Shown here piece by piece: positions 20,684 through 30,825 of a stretch of DNA of 64,000 bases. Positions within the stretch are counted from its first letter, which is position 1, and every line of letters begins with the position of its first letter. Where the stretch lies: IMG/VR virus record IMGVR_UViG_3300022698_000267, positions 1 through 64,000 of that record; one strand, given 5' to 3'. The notes under the pieces are model-generated. The model was not told the origin of the DNA, ran no database searches, and worked only from the letters and a program-made list of their open reading frames with translations. The translations under genes were made by a program, and so were the position numbers.

Positions 20684-22756
20684 TTAAAATGCTTCATATT
20701 GATCTAAATCTGTTTCATGAACTATCCTACTCATAAATCCATAGAAGGGCTGATTCTTCATTTTCCTAAGCTTTACCAATTCCTTCTGTGTTATGAGTTT
20801 AAATTCGTCCCTTAACTTTTCCAGATCTATTTCCTCTTTTCTTTTTAAGACTGATTTTTTTGGATGTTCAAGAGACTTCCTGGTTTCTTCCAATATTTTA
20901 TTTGGAATAATTTCTACGTTGCCTTCTTCATAAATTTCTTCATAATGAATTTCTGTTACTTGTTCCTGAACAGAATCATCATTTTCTTGCAACCATTTCT
21001 TGTATTTTGGCAACAGTCTATTAGCAATGATACATAAAGCTAATGAAATTATATGGTCGTCGTCATAACCTGATTGTGCACCCCATCGACCATTGTCTTC
21101 TATGAATGTTTTAAATTCCTCAGCAGTATCTTTAGGAATTGCCAAATCTTTAATCTCACTGACGTAATTAAAAAGGGCATTCAACATAATCTCTCTGGCA
21201 ACCGTTCCCGTATGCCAACCCTTAACGTCTTTCATAAAAACCATTTTGTTTGGATCATATCTATTTATGATTTTGGATGCTGGGTATTCATCATCTTCCA
21301 TCAAATCTGTTAAAACAACATGCCCGTGATTATTCCTTTCAATGTTCAACCAGGCAGTATTGTACAAAAATCCGGTTCTTTTTATCATGTTCTTATAATT
21401 TTTGAGAGATATTGTATTGGAAGAAAATTTTGCAACTACATTTGGTAACATATTTTTGGAACCATCTGCGTATTTTATTACATGAAACGCGCTTAGATGC
21501 CCCCCACGTCCCTCTGCAGAGTCTACCCCAATAATGTATTCACACCCCTTTACTGGTTTCTCGTAAACAATCAAATCCCTCAATTTATCCTTCATTATTT
21601 TGTAAGGTTTATTAGCCTCCAGACAGTTTTTTAAGAGGTTTATAATGGTATTTACATTTATTGTATTTCCAGAAGCAAGGAAGCTTAGATCGAGTTCCTG
21701 TGCTGCAACTCTCTCATCTTTTTCCATCATGATTTTGGCTTTCATATGTTTGTACCAAGCCAAACCATCTGTAAATCCACGTCTTTCAAATTCTGATTGT
21801 GGTAGCTGTGACCAATGAACGGCCATGGGACGAAAAACTTGAACATCTTTTTCCAGATCTTCATCTACTTTTCCAGCTAGATTGATATGAAAAGAAGATG
21901 TTGTATTAACTGCTTCCCACATTTTATGAAATAAATTTCCAACACCTTTTGGGGTTGATATAATAACAATGATTCCGCCAGCAGCAACTGACATTGATAT
22001 GGCCGTCCAAACCGGAGCAGCTTTCTTTCCATACATTGCAAACTCATCTAGAATAATTAAGTTTGGTGAGTAGGATCTACCAGCACCAACTGTTGGTGGG
22101 AAGGCTTGTATGACAGATTTATAACCTCTATGTCCAGCTAAACTTAGACTGATTTCATGTTCATTTGAATTGAGTTTTTTGGATTTTAAAGGTGCAGCCA
22201 ATAATTCATAAGAAGAAATTATATCACCAACGAATTTCTTGGCCTCTGTATCTCTTTGTGAAACTACTAAATCATAAGCAGAAGGGTGAAAATTTATGTG
22301 CCATAAACTCAACTGTTCAAAGATGGTTGACAATCCTGTCTGTCTAGACTTCACAACTATTGTATCTACTCTAGATTTTAAATCTTCTTGTTTAGCGGTA
22401 ATTTTATGATAATTGTGAAATTCTACAGGTACTACTTTAGACATTTCAATATTCTTTTCACAAACCTCCTTCCACCATTTTTCGTAATTAAAAGCATTTT
22501 TGTATTTTTTAATTTCTTCTACACTTTTTTCACTTCTACTATGAAGAAGCGGGATGGAGATTGGAATAGATACATCCAATTGATAGTCGAAAGGTTCCAT
22601 TCGAATTACACCAGCATTTGGATGCCGTATTTTTGCATAATTCAAAAGATAATATTCGTAATCGTTACTACATTTTCTGAACTCATTTATAACAATATCT
22701 CTTTTTTCTTTTTGTTTAAGAGTTCGAAAATCATCAGAATTGAAATCAATGGCCAA
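20684..22756 (-). CDS. terL: Terminase large subunit (T4 gp17-like)
   Basis: PFDYQ adenine-binding motif, KSRQTGLST Walker A, IILDEFA Walker B, ISTPKG, nuclease IGVDSAEG, IERNNHG and DDDHIISLAL. Confidence 0.92.
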   Translation of the reverse strand: MAIDFNSDDFRTLKQKEKRDIVINEFRKCSNDYEYYLLNYAKIRHPNAGVIRMEPFDYQLDVSIPISIPLLHSRSEKSVEEIKKYKNAFNYEKWWKEVCEKNIEMSKVVPVEFHNYHKITAKQEDLKSRVDTIVVKSRQTGLSTIFEQLSLWHINFHPSAYDLVVSQRDTEAKKFVGDIISSYELLAAPLKSKKLNSNEHEISLSLAGHRGYKSVIQAFPPTVGAGRSYSPNLIILDEFAMYGKKAAPVWTAISMSVAAGGIIVIISTPKGVGNLFHKMWEAVNTTSSFHINLAGKVDEDLEKDVQVFRPMAVHWSQLPQSEFERRGFTDGLAWYKHMKAKIMMEKDERVAAQELDLSFLASGNTINVNTIINLLKNCLEANKPYKIMKDKLRDLIVYEKPVKGCEYIIGVDSAEGRGGHLSAFHVIKYADGSKNMLPNVVAKFSSNTISLKNYKNMIKRTGFLYNTAWLNIERNNHGHVVLTDLMEDDEYPASKIINRYDPNKMVFMKDVKGWHTGTVAREIMLNALFNYVSEIKDLAIPKDTAEEFKTFIEDNGRWGAQSGYDDDHIISLALCIIANRLLPKYKKWLQENDDSVQEQVTEIHYEEIYEEGNVEIIPNKILEETRKSLEHPKKSVLKRKEEIDLEKLRDEFKLITQKELVKLRKMKNQPFYGFMSRIVHETDLDQYEAF

Positions 22757-22874
22757 AACTAGACCTCCATTTTAGAATAAATTATGCTTGTATTGGAATG
22801 TTTTTGAAAAAGCGAACTAAAACCTAAACAAAGTCTGTTCTATTTTTGTGTTTTACATTTCGGAGAATCAAAAT

Positions 22875-24599
22875 ATGGGTTTACTAAACAATTTATTCGG
22901 TAAGGCTGAAGAAAAAGTTGAATTTAATATAGACAGTTTTACAAATAAACTGCAAGAGTCTGGGTACGACTCTGAACAGATAGATGATATCTTGAGTGAG
23001 CTTCAGGATACTATGGAAAGTGTGAAAGAGAAATCACAAGTTTCTTATGATGAATTCTTCGGATTTAGTTCTAACATTGAGAATATATACAACTTTCCAA
23101 AAGATAGATTAAAATCATGTGCTTCTATAGCAGAAATGATTTCACAAAATCCGGAAGTTCGAAACTCAGTTAAACTATATGCTAGCTATATAGCTTACGG
23201 AAATTCTGCTGTTAACGTAGATGACTACAAAGTGGTTGTTGAAAATCTACAAGATGTGGAAGATATTGATGATAACAATGATAACTCCGAAATTTTAAAA
23301 TTCCTAGTGTCTTGGGAAGGACATACCAAAATAAAAAGATTTATCTATCTCATTGGGAAAGATCTTGTATCTTTTGGTGATGCTTTTCTAGAAAAATTAA
23401 AGGATTCTAATGAGAAAATCATTGGTTTTAGTTACATACCTAGTAAAACAATGATTATGAAGTTGGATAATCAAGGAAGAGTTGAGAATTTCTTTCAAGT
23501 TACAGATCCTATGAAAGTAAAGACTCTTGGTTCTTTTGATCAGGCTCAAATATTAAAGCTCGAACAAGAAAATAAAGTTACGAAGTTTGAGGTGGATGAA
23601 ATTGTACATTTTTCAGATGGCTCTATTCCCGGTGAAAATGATGGACCATTAAGCAATTTGATTGTTATATGGAGATTCCTAAAAATATTAGAGGAATCAT
23701 TAGTTATTTACAATGTCACTAGAGCCAGAAGGTTTGTGGTTTACTTCTTAGATGTCACAGGAAAAACTAGAGAAAAAATAAAATCTTCTGTTCGAGGGTT
23801 CACATCCAGATTAAAGTCAGTATTCAAATTGGATACAGAAAGTGGAAGTCTATACTCTGGAAAGTCTACTATTCCAATGTCTGCAGACTTGGTTATTCCA
23901 ATAACAAAGGATTCTAAAACAGATGTAAAAACCATAGCGGCTGATACATCTTCTAAAGGGTTTGGTGATTTAAGTATATTCTCAAACAGGATTGTTGATA
24001 ACTTATTTGTTGGTCATATTTTCTCTGATACGACGGATGCGGAAAAGAGAAGGCAGATAGAAAAGACCTTCTTTAGAATGGTAAGAATCTATCAGAAACA
24101 ATGTTCCTACACACTACAAGATTTATACCAAGAAGTATTGTCTAAAAATAAAGGTAAGAGCAGTAAATACAATGTCGAAGTTTTATTTCCACCAGTGGAT
24201 AATAAAGAAGAGATTGAAGTTGTTGACATGATAGTTCGAAGGATGATGGTTGTAAATCAATTAATGGCAGTCCTTGGAATTGTTCCTCCAACCTCATGGA
24301 TTATCAATTATGTTTTCAATGATCTTTCACAATTGGAAATCAGAGATCTAGTAAAGATGTTGGAAAAAGAACAGGAAGCTGAATCAGAAGAGTACCCAGA
24401 TGTGTTTACTGAAGAATCTAGTAAGAGGGGCGATAAAATGTTTATGTTGTCTATGCTCCAGAATTTGAAAACTGATGATGAAAAGGGTGCGAAAAATGAA
24501 ACAGAAATTCAATTGTTTGAAAGTCGACACAAAGCAATGATAAGATCTATAGAACAGGCTACCAAATACTTGGAATTTCAAAAGGGTTTCAATAAGTAA
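22875..24599 (+). CDS. Portal protein (T4 gp20-like)
   Basis: ATG at 22875 follows ggag. PEVRNSV, DLVSFGDAF, EIVHF, LKILEESLVIYNVTRA..FVVYFLDVTG resemble gp20-family motifs; divergent from terL. Confidence 0.8.
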   Translation: MGLLNNLFGKAEEKVEFNIDSFTNKLQESGYDSEQIDDILSELQDTMESVKEKSQVSYDEFFGFSSNIENIYNFPKDRLKSCASIAEMISQNPEVRNSVKLYASYIAYGNSAVNVDDYKVVVENLQDVEDIDDNNDNSEILKFLVSWEGHTKIKRFIYLIGKDLVSFGDAFLEKLKDSNEKIIGFSYIPSKTMIMKLDNQGRVENFFQVTDPMKVKTLGSFDQAQILKLEQENKVTKFEVDEIVHFSDGSIPGENDGPLSNLIVIWRFLKILEESLVIYNVTRARRFVVYFLDVTGKTREKIKSSVRGFTSRLKSVFKLDTESGSLYSGKSTIPMSADLVIPITKDSKTDVKTIAADTSSKGFGDLSIFSNRIVDNLFVGHIFSDTTDAEKRRQIEKTFFRMVRIYQKQCSYTLQDLYQEVLSKNKGKSSKYNVEVLFPPVDNKEEIEVVDMIVRRMMVVNQLMAVLGIVPPTSWIINYVFNDLSQLEIRDLVKMLEKEQEAESEEYPDVFTEESSKRGDKMFMLSMLQNLKTDDEKGAKNETEIQLFESRHKAMIRSIEQATKYLEFQKGFNK

Positions 24600-25339
24600 T
24601 GCCGACAGATAAAACTATAGTGGGTTTAACATCTGGAAATATTAGGAGTTTTTCTTTTTTCCACAATTACTATGAAGAAGATTTAACTAAATGTAAAATC
24701 CTTGTTTTACTGGAGGATAATAAACTTCTTTTCATTGATATGGATGCTGATTCACAAACTGTGTTGACTAGAAAATTTGTTTTATACAAGAATAAACTAC
24801 TGCAGGTTTTGAATGAAGGAAAAGAAGATTGGGAATTAATAAAAAGTGCTAATCTGGTTACACTTAGTGGTTATGGTTTCGATTTTAAAGACTTTCATTG
24901 TCTGTTCATCTATATGTCAATTCCTACATCAGGAAGTACTTTTCTGTTTCAAGTAAATACTGATGATCTTTTTAATACTGTTGAAGTCATTGCATATCCA
25001 AATTTACTACAAGAAGAAGAAACTTTTATAAATGTTTTTCCTGCTAGAAATCTTATATTTACAGATAATAGGACTGTGGATTCCAGAGAAGTGTATATCA
25101 TATACTTAAAAAAGCAAGAAGGAAGGAAACCAACTTTAAAAGGAATTCAGATTGCTGTAACAGATGAGCAAAAGCAAGAATTGGCAAGTAATTCTTCTAG
25201 AACATTTCCAGATACAAAGTATCCAATCGTAGATGAATGGACGGGTTTAAACATTCCCATTATGGTTCTTCCTGGAGATACATTGGATACTTCTGTCAAC
25301 TTTTCAACGGGTTTATCTTTTCTTAGATTTGGTTCTTAA
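24599..25339 (+). CDS. Hypothetical protein
   Basis: 246-aa ORF coupled to the portal (taatg). Confidence 0.55.
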   Translation: MPTDKTIVGLTSGNIRSFSFFHNYYEEDLTKCKILVLLEDNKLLFIDMDADSQTVLTRKFVLYKNKLLQVLNEGKEDWELIKSANLVTLSGYGFDFKDFHCLFIYMSIPTSGSTFLFQVNTDDLFNTVEVIAYPNLLQEEETFINVFPARNLIFTDNRTVDSREVYIIYLKKQEGRKPTLKGIQIAVTDEQKQELASNSSRTFPDTKYPIVDEWTGLNIPIMVLPGDTLDTSVNFSTGLSFLRFGS

Positions 25340-26075
25340 GATTGGTCATTTCTACTTTCGAATCAGTATTATCAGAATAGTAACCAATAAAATTCCTTTT
25401 CAAATATTTGGAAAATGTCCCTATTACATTTCCCTTTTCTACAAAAGGATCTACAATTAAGTCTTCAGCTATGGAGAACATTCTAATTAATTTGTAGGCA
25501 ATCTGTTCAGACATTTCATTCAATTTGTGTTTATCAATAGACCACCAGACCTGCTGAAACCAAGTATCTCTTTCTGTCTTAGAGTAAGCACACTCCTGCC
25601 TAATCACTTTTTCTTTCTCACTGAATTTTCTTAGTCCACCCTTTCGAAGAATTATAATACTTCCAACTTCTTGTTTAACATAAGCATTTGGTGGTAAAAA
25701 TCCACTTCCCATAAAATTAGTTGTTGGTTGTCCTGGTTTTCTACATATGATTGGAATTAAAGTATTGAAACCAATGTCTTTACATACGATAGTTACTTTA
25801 GAACAGTTTGGATAACATTGAAATACTTTATTAATGGATCTTGTAATATCTGACATAACAATACAACATATACCACCTTCTACCAGAATCCTATAGCTTT
25901 CTTTCCAAGCCTTTTTTAAAAAGGCATGTTGTTTATCGAAATCTACATTCTTATAGAAACGATCCCATTTTTTATACATTGGAAATCTTGGTTTAGTCAC
26001 TACCAGATGAACTGAATTATCATCAATTTCTTTCATTCTAGTTCCAGAGTGATGATAAATTACATTTGTTTTCAT
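25323..26075 (-). CDS. Beta-class N4/N6 DNA methyltransferase homologue with degenerate motifs
   Basis: DNSVHLVVT-KPRF (normally SPPY), YRILVEGG, LIRMFS..EDLIVDPF-VEKG (normally DPFxGxG), RNFIGY. Confidence 0.8.
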   Translation of the reverse strand: MKTNVIYHHSGTRMKEIDDNSVHLVVTKPRFPMYKKWDRFYKNVDFDKQHAFLKKAWKESYRILVEGGICCIVMSDITRSINKVFQCYPNCSKVTIVCKDIGFNTLIPIICRKPGQPTTNFMGSGFLPPNAYVKQEVGSIIILRKGGLRKFSEKEKVIRQECAYSKTERDTWFQQVWWSIDKHKLNEMSEQIAYKLIRMFSIAEDLIVDPFVEKGNVIGTFSKYLKRNFIGYYSDNTDSKVEMTNLKNQI

Positions 26076-27085
26076 TTCAAAAAGTCCTCTAGATATGAAT
26101 TCAAAGTTTCTTTGTAGAAATCGAATGGAAATTTTCTTTTTATGTATTCCTGACCTATTCTTCCAACTTCATAAGAGTATTCTGAATCTTCTGTCAATTT
26201 TGTGATTGCATCCATGAATTCTTCTGTAGTGGAACAAATATGAAATGCTGGAGGGAAGAAACCATCAGATATAAAATCAACTTTTGGTGTTGTTACAACT
26301 GCTATTCCAGCTGCCATAACTTCTAATTGTACAAAGCTGAGAGTTGGAACAAATGATGGATGATATGAAACAGAATAATTTCCAAGATCTTTAATCACAA
26401 TAGATTCTTTAACACAATTTTTTGGAAGACTTGCTAATCTAGTTTCTTGATCCTCTTTATGATCATTCCACCCATATATTTGTAGTCTATCATCCCCAAG
26501 AAATTCATGTACACTTTTTATAGTCTTTCCAACAATAGAATAATTATCATTTAATCTACAACCACTTAAAAGTCTATTTCCAATAATGCAACATTTTCCA
26601 TTTTTAGATTCTTTTGGTTCTACAAAGTAGTCTGGAGTTAAATGTATAGGCAGTACTAGAGTAGACTCTACTTCATTTTTAAACCATTTTAAAACTGAAT
26701 CTCTTCTTGCAAAATCTGTAAAGATAGTATGATAACCCTTGAATTTTTTATTTGCATCTTGTTGAAATCCTAACCAATTCGAATAGGTTCCATGGACATA
26801 CCAAATCTTATTTCTAGTTCTTATTCCACTATTATGTAAGAAATCCCAAGTTTCTATGTTATCAACAATTATAGCATCCCATTCAATATCCTCTGGAATA
26901 TCAGAGTCTATAAATTCAACTTCTCCAGTGTCAACCCAAGAAAAAGTATCTTGACTATGTCGATACAGTTGTAGCTTATCGCCTAAAGCTGCTTTTAACA
27001 TCTTGTCGACACCACGGTGTTGCATAAATTTACATATTTTCATTTCATTTACCCAGCATGTGCTTGTTGGTAAGTTCCATTCCAA
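26072..27085 (-). CDS. GT-B glycosyltransferase (GT4-like)
   Basis: WYVHG, SFVQLEVMAAGIAVVTT and VGRIGQEYIKRKF are typical of the GT4 C-terminal domain. Confidence 0.75.
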   Translation of the reverse strand: MEWNLPTSTCWVNEMKICKFMQHRGVDKMLKAALGDKLQLYRHSQDTFSWVDTGEVEFIDSDIPEDIEWDAIIVDNIETWDFLHNSGIRTRNKIWYVHGTYSNWLGFQQDANKKFKGYHTIFTDFARRDSVLKWFKNEVESTLVLPIHLTPDYFVEPKESKNGKCCIIGNRLLSGCRLNDNYSIVGKTIKSVHEFLGDDRLQIYGWNDHKEDQETRLASLPKNCVKESIVIKDLGNYSVSYHPSFVPTLSFVQLEVMAAGIAVVTTPKVDFISDGFFPPAFHICSTTEEFMDAITKLTEDSEYSYEVGRIGQEYIKRKFPFDFYKETLNSYLEDFLK

Positions 27086-27237
27086 TTACAATGGGAACAA
27101 TTTACTTTTCGTTTGTGTAATTTCTCTTGTTTTTTCCTAATCTCATTTTGTTCTTTCACTGTCCAAACCTGTCCATACGATACAGAACATAACACTGTTC
27201 TACATTCGGGACACACGTAAATCGATTGATAGCTCAT
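27049..27237 (-). CDS. Small Zn-ribbon protein
   Basis: CPEC ... CSHC. Confidence 0.55.
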   Translation of the reverse strand: MSYQSIYVCPECRTVLCSVSYGQVWTVKEQNEIRKKQEKLHKRKVNCSHCNWNGTYQQAHAG

Positions 27238-27497
27238 ATTGCTAAATTTCTCTCCTCTCCCATGGTTTCATCTGGAGTTCTAACCTTAGCCACTTTAAAA
27301 GCCTCTCGAACGGCCATTATGGTAGATATTACACCTCCGTTCATAGTCGACCATTGTGTGCCAGTTATTTTATCAATAACCAAGAATATTGAGGACAATA
27401 TAAGGACTCCTAGTATGCACCAAACTTTAACTGACAGAAGAGTTTCTATTAACTTTTTCTTCACATCTACCTTAAAATCATCATCTATACATTTCAT
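27234..27497 (-). CDS. Small 2-TM membrane protein, holin-like
   Basis: Two hydrophobic segments and a charged C-terminus; RBS ggagg. Confidence 0.5.
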   Translation of the reverse strand: MKCIDDDFKVDVKKKLIETLLSVKVWCILGVLILSSIFLVIDKITGTQWSTMNGGVISTIMAVREAFKVAKVRTPDETMGEERNLAI

Positions 27498-27525
27498 AAC
27501 CGAACCTCCAGTTTTGAATTGACTC

Positions 27526-28167
27526 CTAGATGATGTTTTTCAAGTCTACATAAGGAATGTGAGCATTTAAGGTTGATACTTTAGAACAAGAGAATATTTC
27601 CCTTCCCTTTCTCATCATTTCATCAATAGTTTCTATAAAGTATTTTCGGAATTTTGCAATTTTTTCAGGGGATATAACTTTCTGTCTTTTATAATCATAA
27701 TCGGTATGAAAATTAAATTTTTCTGGAGATGCATCCTCTTTTCTCAAATCTATTCCAACAAGATAGATTGGATTTAATCCCAGAATGTACATAATTCTTA
27801 GAGCAGTAACTCCAACATTGTTCTTGGTTCCAATAGGGGTTGAGAAACTTTCTGGTAGATTAGCTTTCCCAAGAACAGCATGAATTGAAGAATTTCTTAC
27901 ATTTCCTGCTCCGGTTGTGAAATAAGGACAAACTATCTCAGTAGATTCTGGTAGTTGTAACATCTCACCTTGAAATTTTTCCCATATATAATCGTCTTGA
28001 TAGAAAAGAATTGTTGGATTCAAAAGTTTGTAGGCTTTATTGACACCAACTGTAATTTCATTTTCTAAGGATTTAAAATCGAAACCTTCTTGTGTAACAG
28101 TATTGATTGATGGTCCCCCTCCAATTAAAAATCCTCTTCTTCCCAGGTACTGATTATCTAGTAACAT
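27526..28167 (-). CDS. DUF115/MptE-like (Maf/sialyltransferase-type fold) protein
   Basis: FLIGGGPS, ITVGVN, ALRIMYILGLNPIYLVGID. Confidence 0.7.
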   Translation of the reverse strand: MLLDNQYLGRRGFLIGGGPSINTVTQEGFDFKSLENEITVGVNKAYKLLNPTILFYQDDYIWEKFQGEMLQLPESTEIVCPYFTTGAGNVRNSSIHAVLGKANLPESFSTPIGTKNNVGVTALRIMYILGLNPIYLVGIDLRKEDASPEKFNFHTDYDYKRQKVISPEKIAKFRKYFIETIDEMMRKGREIFSCSKVSTLNAHIPYVDLKNII

Positions 28168-28262
28168 TTATAAATCTCCTATTTAAGATTTTCCTTCCTT
28201 TTTACTTTTTAGTATCTGAATTAAAAACCTTTGAAAACGAGAATACTTTGAGGAGTCTACAT

Positions 28263-29255
28263 ATGACTACTATGGTCCTTTCCGAAGATATACAAATGTT
28301 TAAAGCGATTGAAAATTCTGATAATGCTACTACTAATGGTGGTTTGATGTCACCAGTTAGATCATTGTCTACAGTAAAAAACAATCTATTTCCAGATATT
28401 ACGGATGCTGAAAGATTAGCAGGAAAAACTAGATACAGAAAAGCTTTTTGCAAGATATCAAATACAAATAATCTTATGATTAATAGTTTTCGAGTTGCTA
28501 TGTCTGCTCCATCTAATTCGGATGATTACGTTGTTATGATGTTGGGAACTCAAAGAGATACACAATCTGAGATTGTTGCTAGTCCAGGAAGACGTTATGC
28601 CGCTGCTGCTTTACGACAATCCACTAATGTTGGAGATACACAAATAGAAGTGACATTAGAAGATTCAGCTTTAGTTGATACATTACAAGATGGTGATTTT
28701 ATTTGGTTAGGAAATTATGAAACAGAAGAATTTCATGATAACATAACAGTTTCTTTTAATGGGACCGATGTTACAATTCAGTTAGAATCTGGAGATCAGG
28801 TTCTGAATATCTATAATAAAAATAATTCCTGCGTTTGTACAGTTTTAGAATACGGAGATTTACAAACTTCTTTCGATTCAATTGTGGTTAATAGTGTCAG
28901 TGGACAATTCAATGGAACTGCATTAACAGTTCTATTAGATGACATTGGAACTTTAGAACAGGATTGGACCTTTACAATGGTAAACACAAATCAGTTTACT
29001 TGTTCTGGTCACACTGTTGGAAATGTAGGAACTGGATATGTAGGAGTAGATTTTACTCCAGTTAATTCAAATTTTTCAAGACCCTATCTTACAATAAAAG
29101 CTGATGGTTGGAATGGAACATGGCAATCTGGTGAAACTTTAAGACTAACAACACATCCAATAGCAGTACCATTGTGGTTTAAAAATGTAATTCCAATTGG
29201 ATGTGAAGTTTACTTAAACACATTTGAATTGTATATGGGTGGTGAGAGCGTTTAG
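28263..29255 (+). CDS. Phage tail-associated structural protein
   Basis: True start is probably ATG 28263 (RBS gaggag). TNGGLMS...KNNLFPDI..AERLAG..RYRK.F is a motif recalled from phage tail-region proteins. Confidence 0.55.
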   Translation: MTTMVLSEDIQMFKAIENSDNATTNGGLMSPVRSLSTVKNNLFPDITDAERLAGKTRYRKAFCKISNTNNLMINSFRVAMSAPSNSDDYVVMMLGTQRDTQSEIVASPGRRYAAAALRQSTNVGDTQIEVTLEDSALVDTLQDGDFIWLGNYETEEFHDNITVSFNGTDVTIQLESGDQVLNIYNKNNSCVCTVLEYGDLQTSFDSIVVNSVSGQFNGTALTVLLDDIGTLEQDWTFTMVNTNQFTCSGHTVGNVGTGYVGVDFTPVNSNFSRPYLTIKADGWNGTWQSGETLRLTTHPIAVPLWFKNVIPIGCEVYLNTFELYMGGESV

Positions 29256-30808
29256 ATTGTATACAATTGTAGATTATATGGAATATTCTTCATATCTGAT
29301 TGTTCTGGAAAATTTAACCATTTTCTTTCAAGAAATGATCCTGCAACGTCTTGATTGCTAGAGATAATAGAATCTATGTTCGTTTTATTTGGTTCTTGAT
29401 CTTGACTTGTATCAAACCAAAACCAATTAGTTGGAATTCTGGTTGTTAAAATTCCTAAATCTTTTTCTTTTAGTTGAATTGGTTCTTCTACTGCTGCTTT
29501 TCTTGCTCGTACCCAATCTAGCACAATCTTTATGTTATTGGTCTCTATTTTAGTCAAGATTCCAAGTCTAACATTAGAATCTGAAGCAACATCCAACCCT
29601 TTTTTCTCTATTTGTTGAGTATATCTATCATCTGGAATAGATGGTTCATTTTTGTATGAAAAATCACCATCTTTAGGATGTATTGTTGTAATAGATGGAA
29701 TATTAGTAGGTGTTGTCAACAGTCTATTTTTCGCATCTACTACTCGTACCATTCGTAATGTTTGATCATAAGAAAATCTTTCTATAGGAACAGCGATTAT
29801 AGCCCTTGGATAATAATGTTCGGAGAAGAATGCAAATCTTCTTCTTTTTATATATGATTGTGAATCCACTGTCCACGTACCAGCTTCTGTTTTCCAAACA
29901 GAACAGAAATCAAAAACTGGTAGATTAGTATTTCCAAACCCTTGTTTTGCTAATTCAGATATTTCAGACGAGTTTAGGATTCTAGAATATATTCTGAAAG
30001 AATCAAAATCACCTCTAAATTCGTCCTCGTTACCAGCACCAATATAATTAGCGGTCCTATCAACATTTTGTAATGCTCTGGTATACGAATAGTACCAACT
30101 TGTTATATATTCCCCATCTTTATATATCCAACATTGAGGTTTAGTGTCTATGGTTATTAAATAGTGCTTCCATAAGAAAAATTGTTCGTAATATTTACTT
30201 CCATACATATTATAATTGTTGGAATCACGATCTTCTATATATATTCTATCTTGAAAGCTATAGTTTTGTTCTGTCCTCATTCTTATGCGTCCTACGTCAT
30301 TAACCCCATTACTAAATGAGAAATAGGCACGTGTGTCAACAGAACTTCTTACATTATAATACCAGAAAGATATTGTAAGTCCATAAGGGCTGTATAGATT
30401 AATGCTAGGTATTGTCATATACCCACCAGATATAGCTTTCATCACACTACTTTGTATAATTGCTCCAGATGTTAATGTGCCATGTCTATCATTCCCAGAT
30501 GTGTCGTAAACTGTAGATCCATCGTACGAATTCATTGTATATTCTAATAGTAAATCGTCAGATGGAGCTTCTCTATCAGGAATTAAATCGTCATCACCAA
30601 CATTAGATGCAGCTTGTCCATCAAAATAACAATAGAAGAAATTTGGACCTCTATGTACATCTGTTAAAATAAGGACATTCCCTGATGTATTAGGAAATTT
30701 ATGTGGGACCAAAATCTCTTGCTGCTGCTGAGAGATATATTGATTGTCTTGTGACATTCTAACGAAAGCATCTGTTGTTTCGTTTGGGAGAACACTGGAA
30801 GTTGACAT
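29252..30808 (-). CDS. LamG/concanavalin-like domain virion protein
   Basis: VYDTSGNDRHG, LTISFW, WKHYLIT, FRGDFDSFRIYSRIL. Confidence 0.7.
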   Translation of the reverse strand: MSTSSVLPNETTDAFVRMSQDNQYISQQQQEILVPHKFPNTSGNVLILTDVHRGPNFFYCYFDGQAASNVGDDDLIPDREAPSDDLLLEYTMNSYDGSTVYDTSGNDRHGTLTSGAIIQSSVMKAISGGYMTIPSINLYSPYGLTISFWYYNVRSSVDTRAYFSFSNGVNDVGRIRMRTEQNYSFQDRIYIEDRDSNNYNMYGSKYYEQFFLWKHYLITIDTKPQCWIYKDGEYITSWYYSYTRALQNVDRTANYIGAGNEDEFRGDFDSFRIYSRILNSSEISELAKQGFGNTNLPVFDFCSVWKTEAGTWTVDSQSYIKRRRFAFFSEHYYPRAIIAVPIERFSYDQTLRMVRVVDAKNRLLTTPTNIPSITTIHPKDGDFSYKNEPSIPDDRYTQQIEKKGLDVASDSNVRLGILTKIETNNIKIVLDWVRARKAAVEEPIQLKEKDLGILTTRIPTNWFWFDTSQDQEPNKTNIDSIISSNQDVAGSFLERKWLNFPEQSDMKNIPYNLQLYTI

Positions 30809-30825
30809 TTTTCAAAACTCCTTTC

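Noticed and set aside
20684-22756. Intein in the terminase (extra ~65 aa before Walker A)
   Set aside because: The insert is too short and lacks an N-terminal Cys/Ser and a C-terminal His-Asn splice motif.
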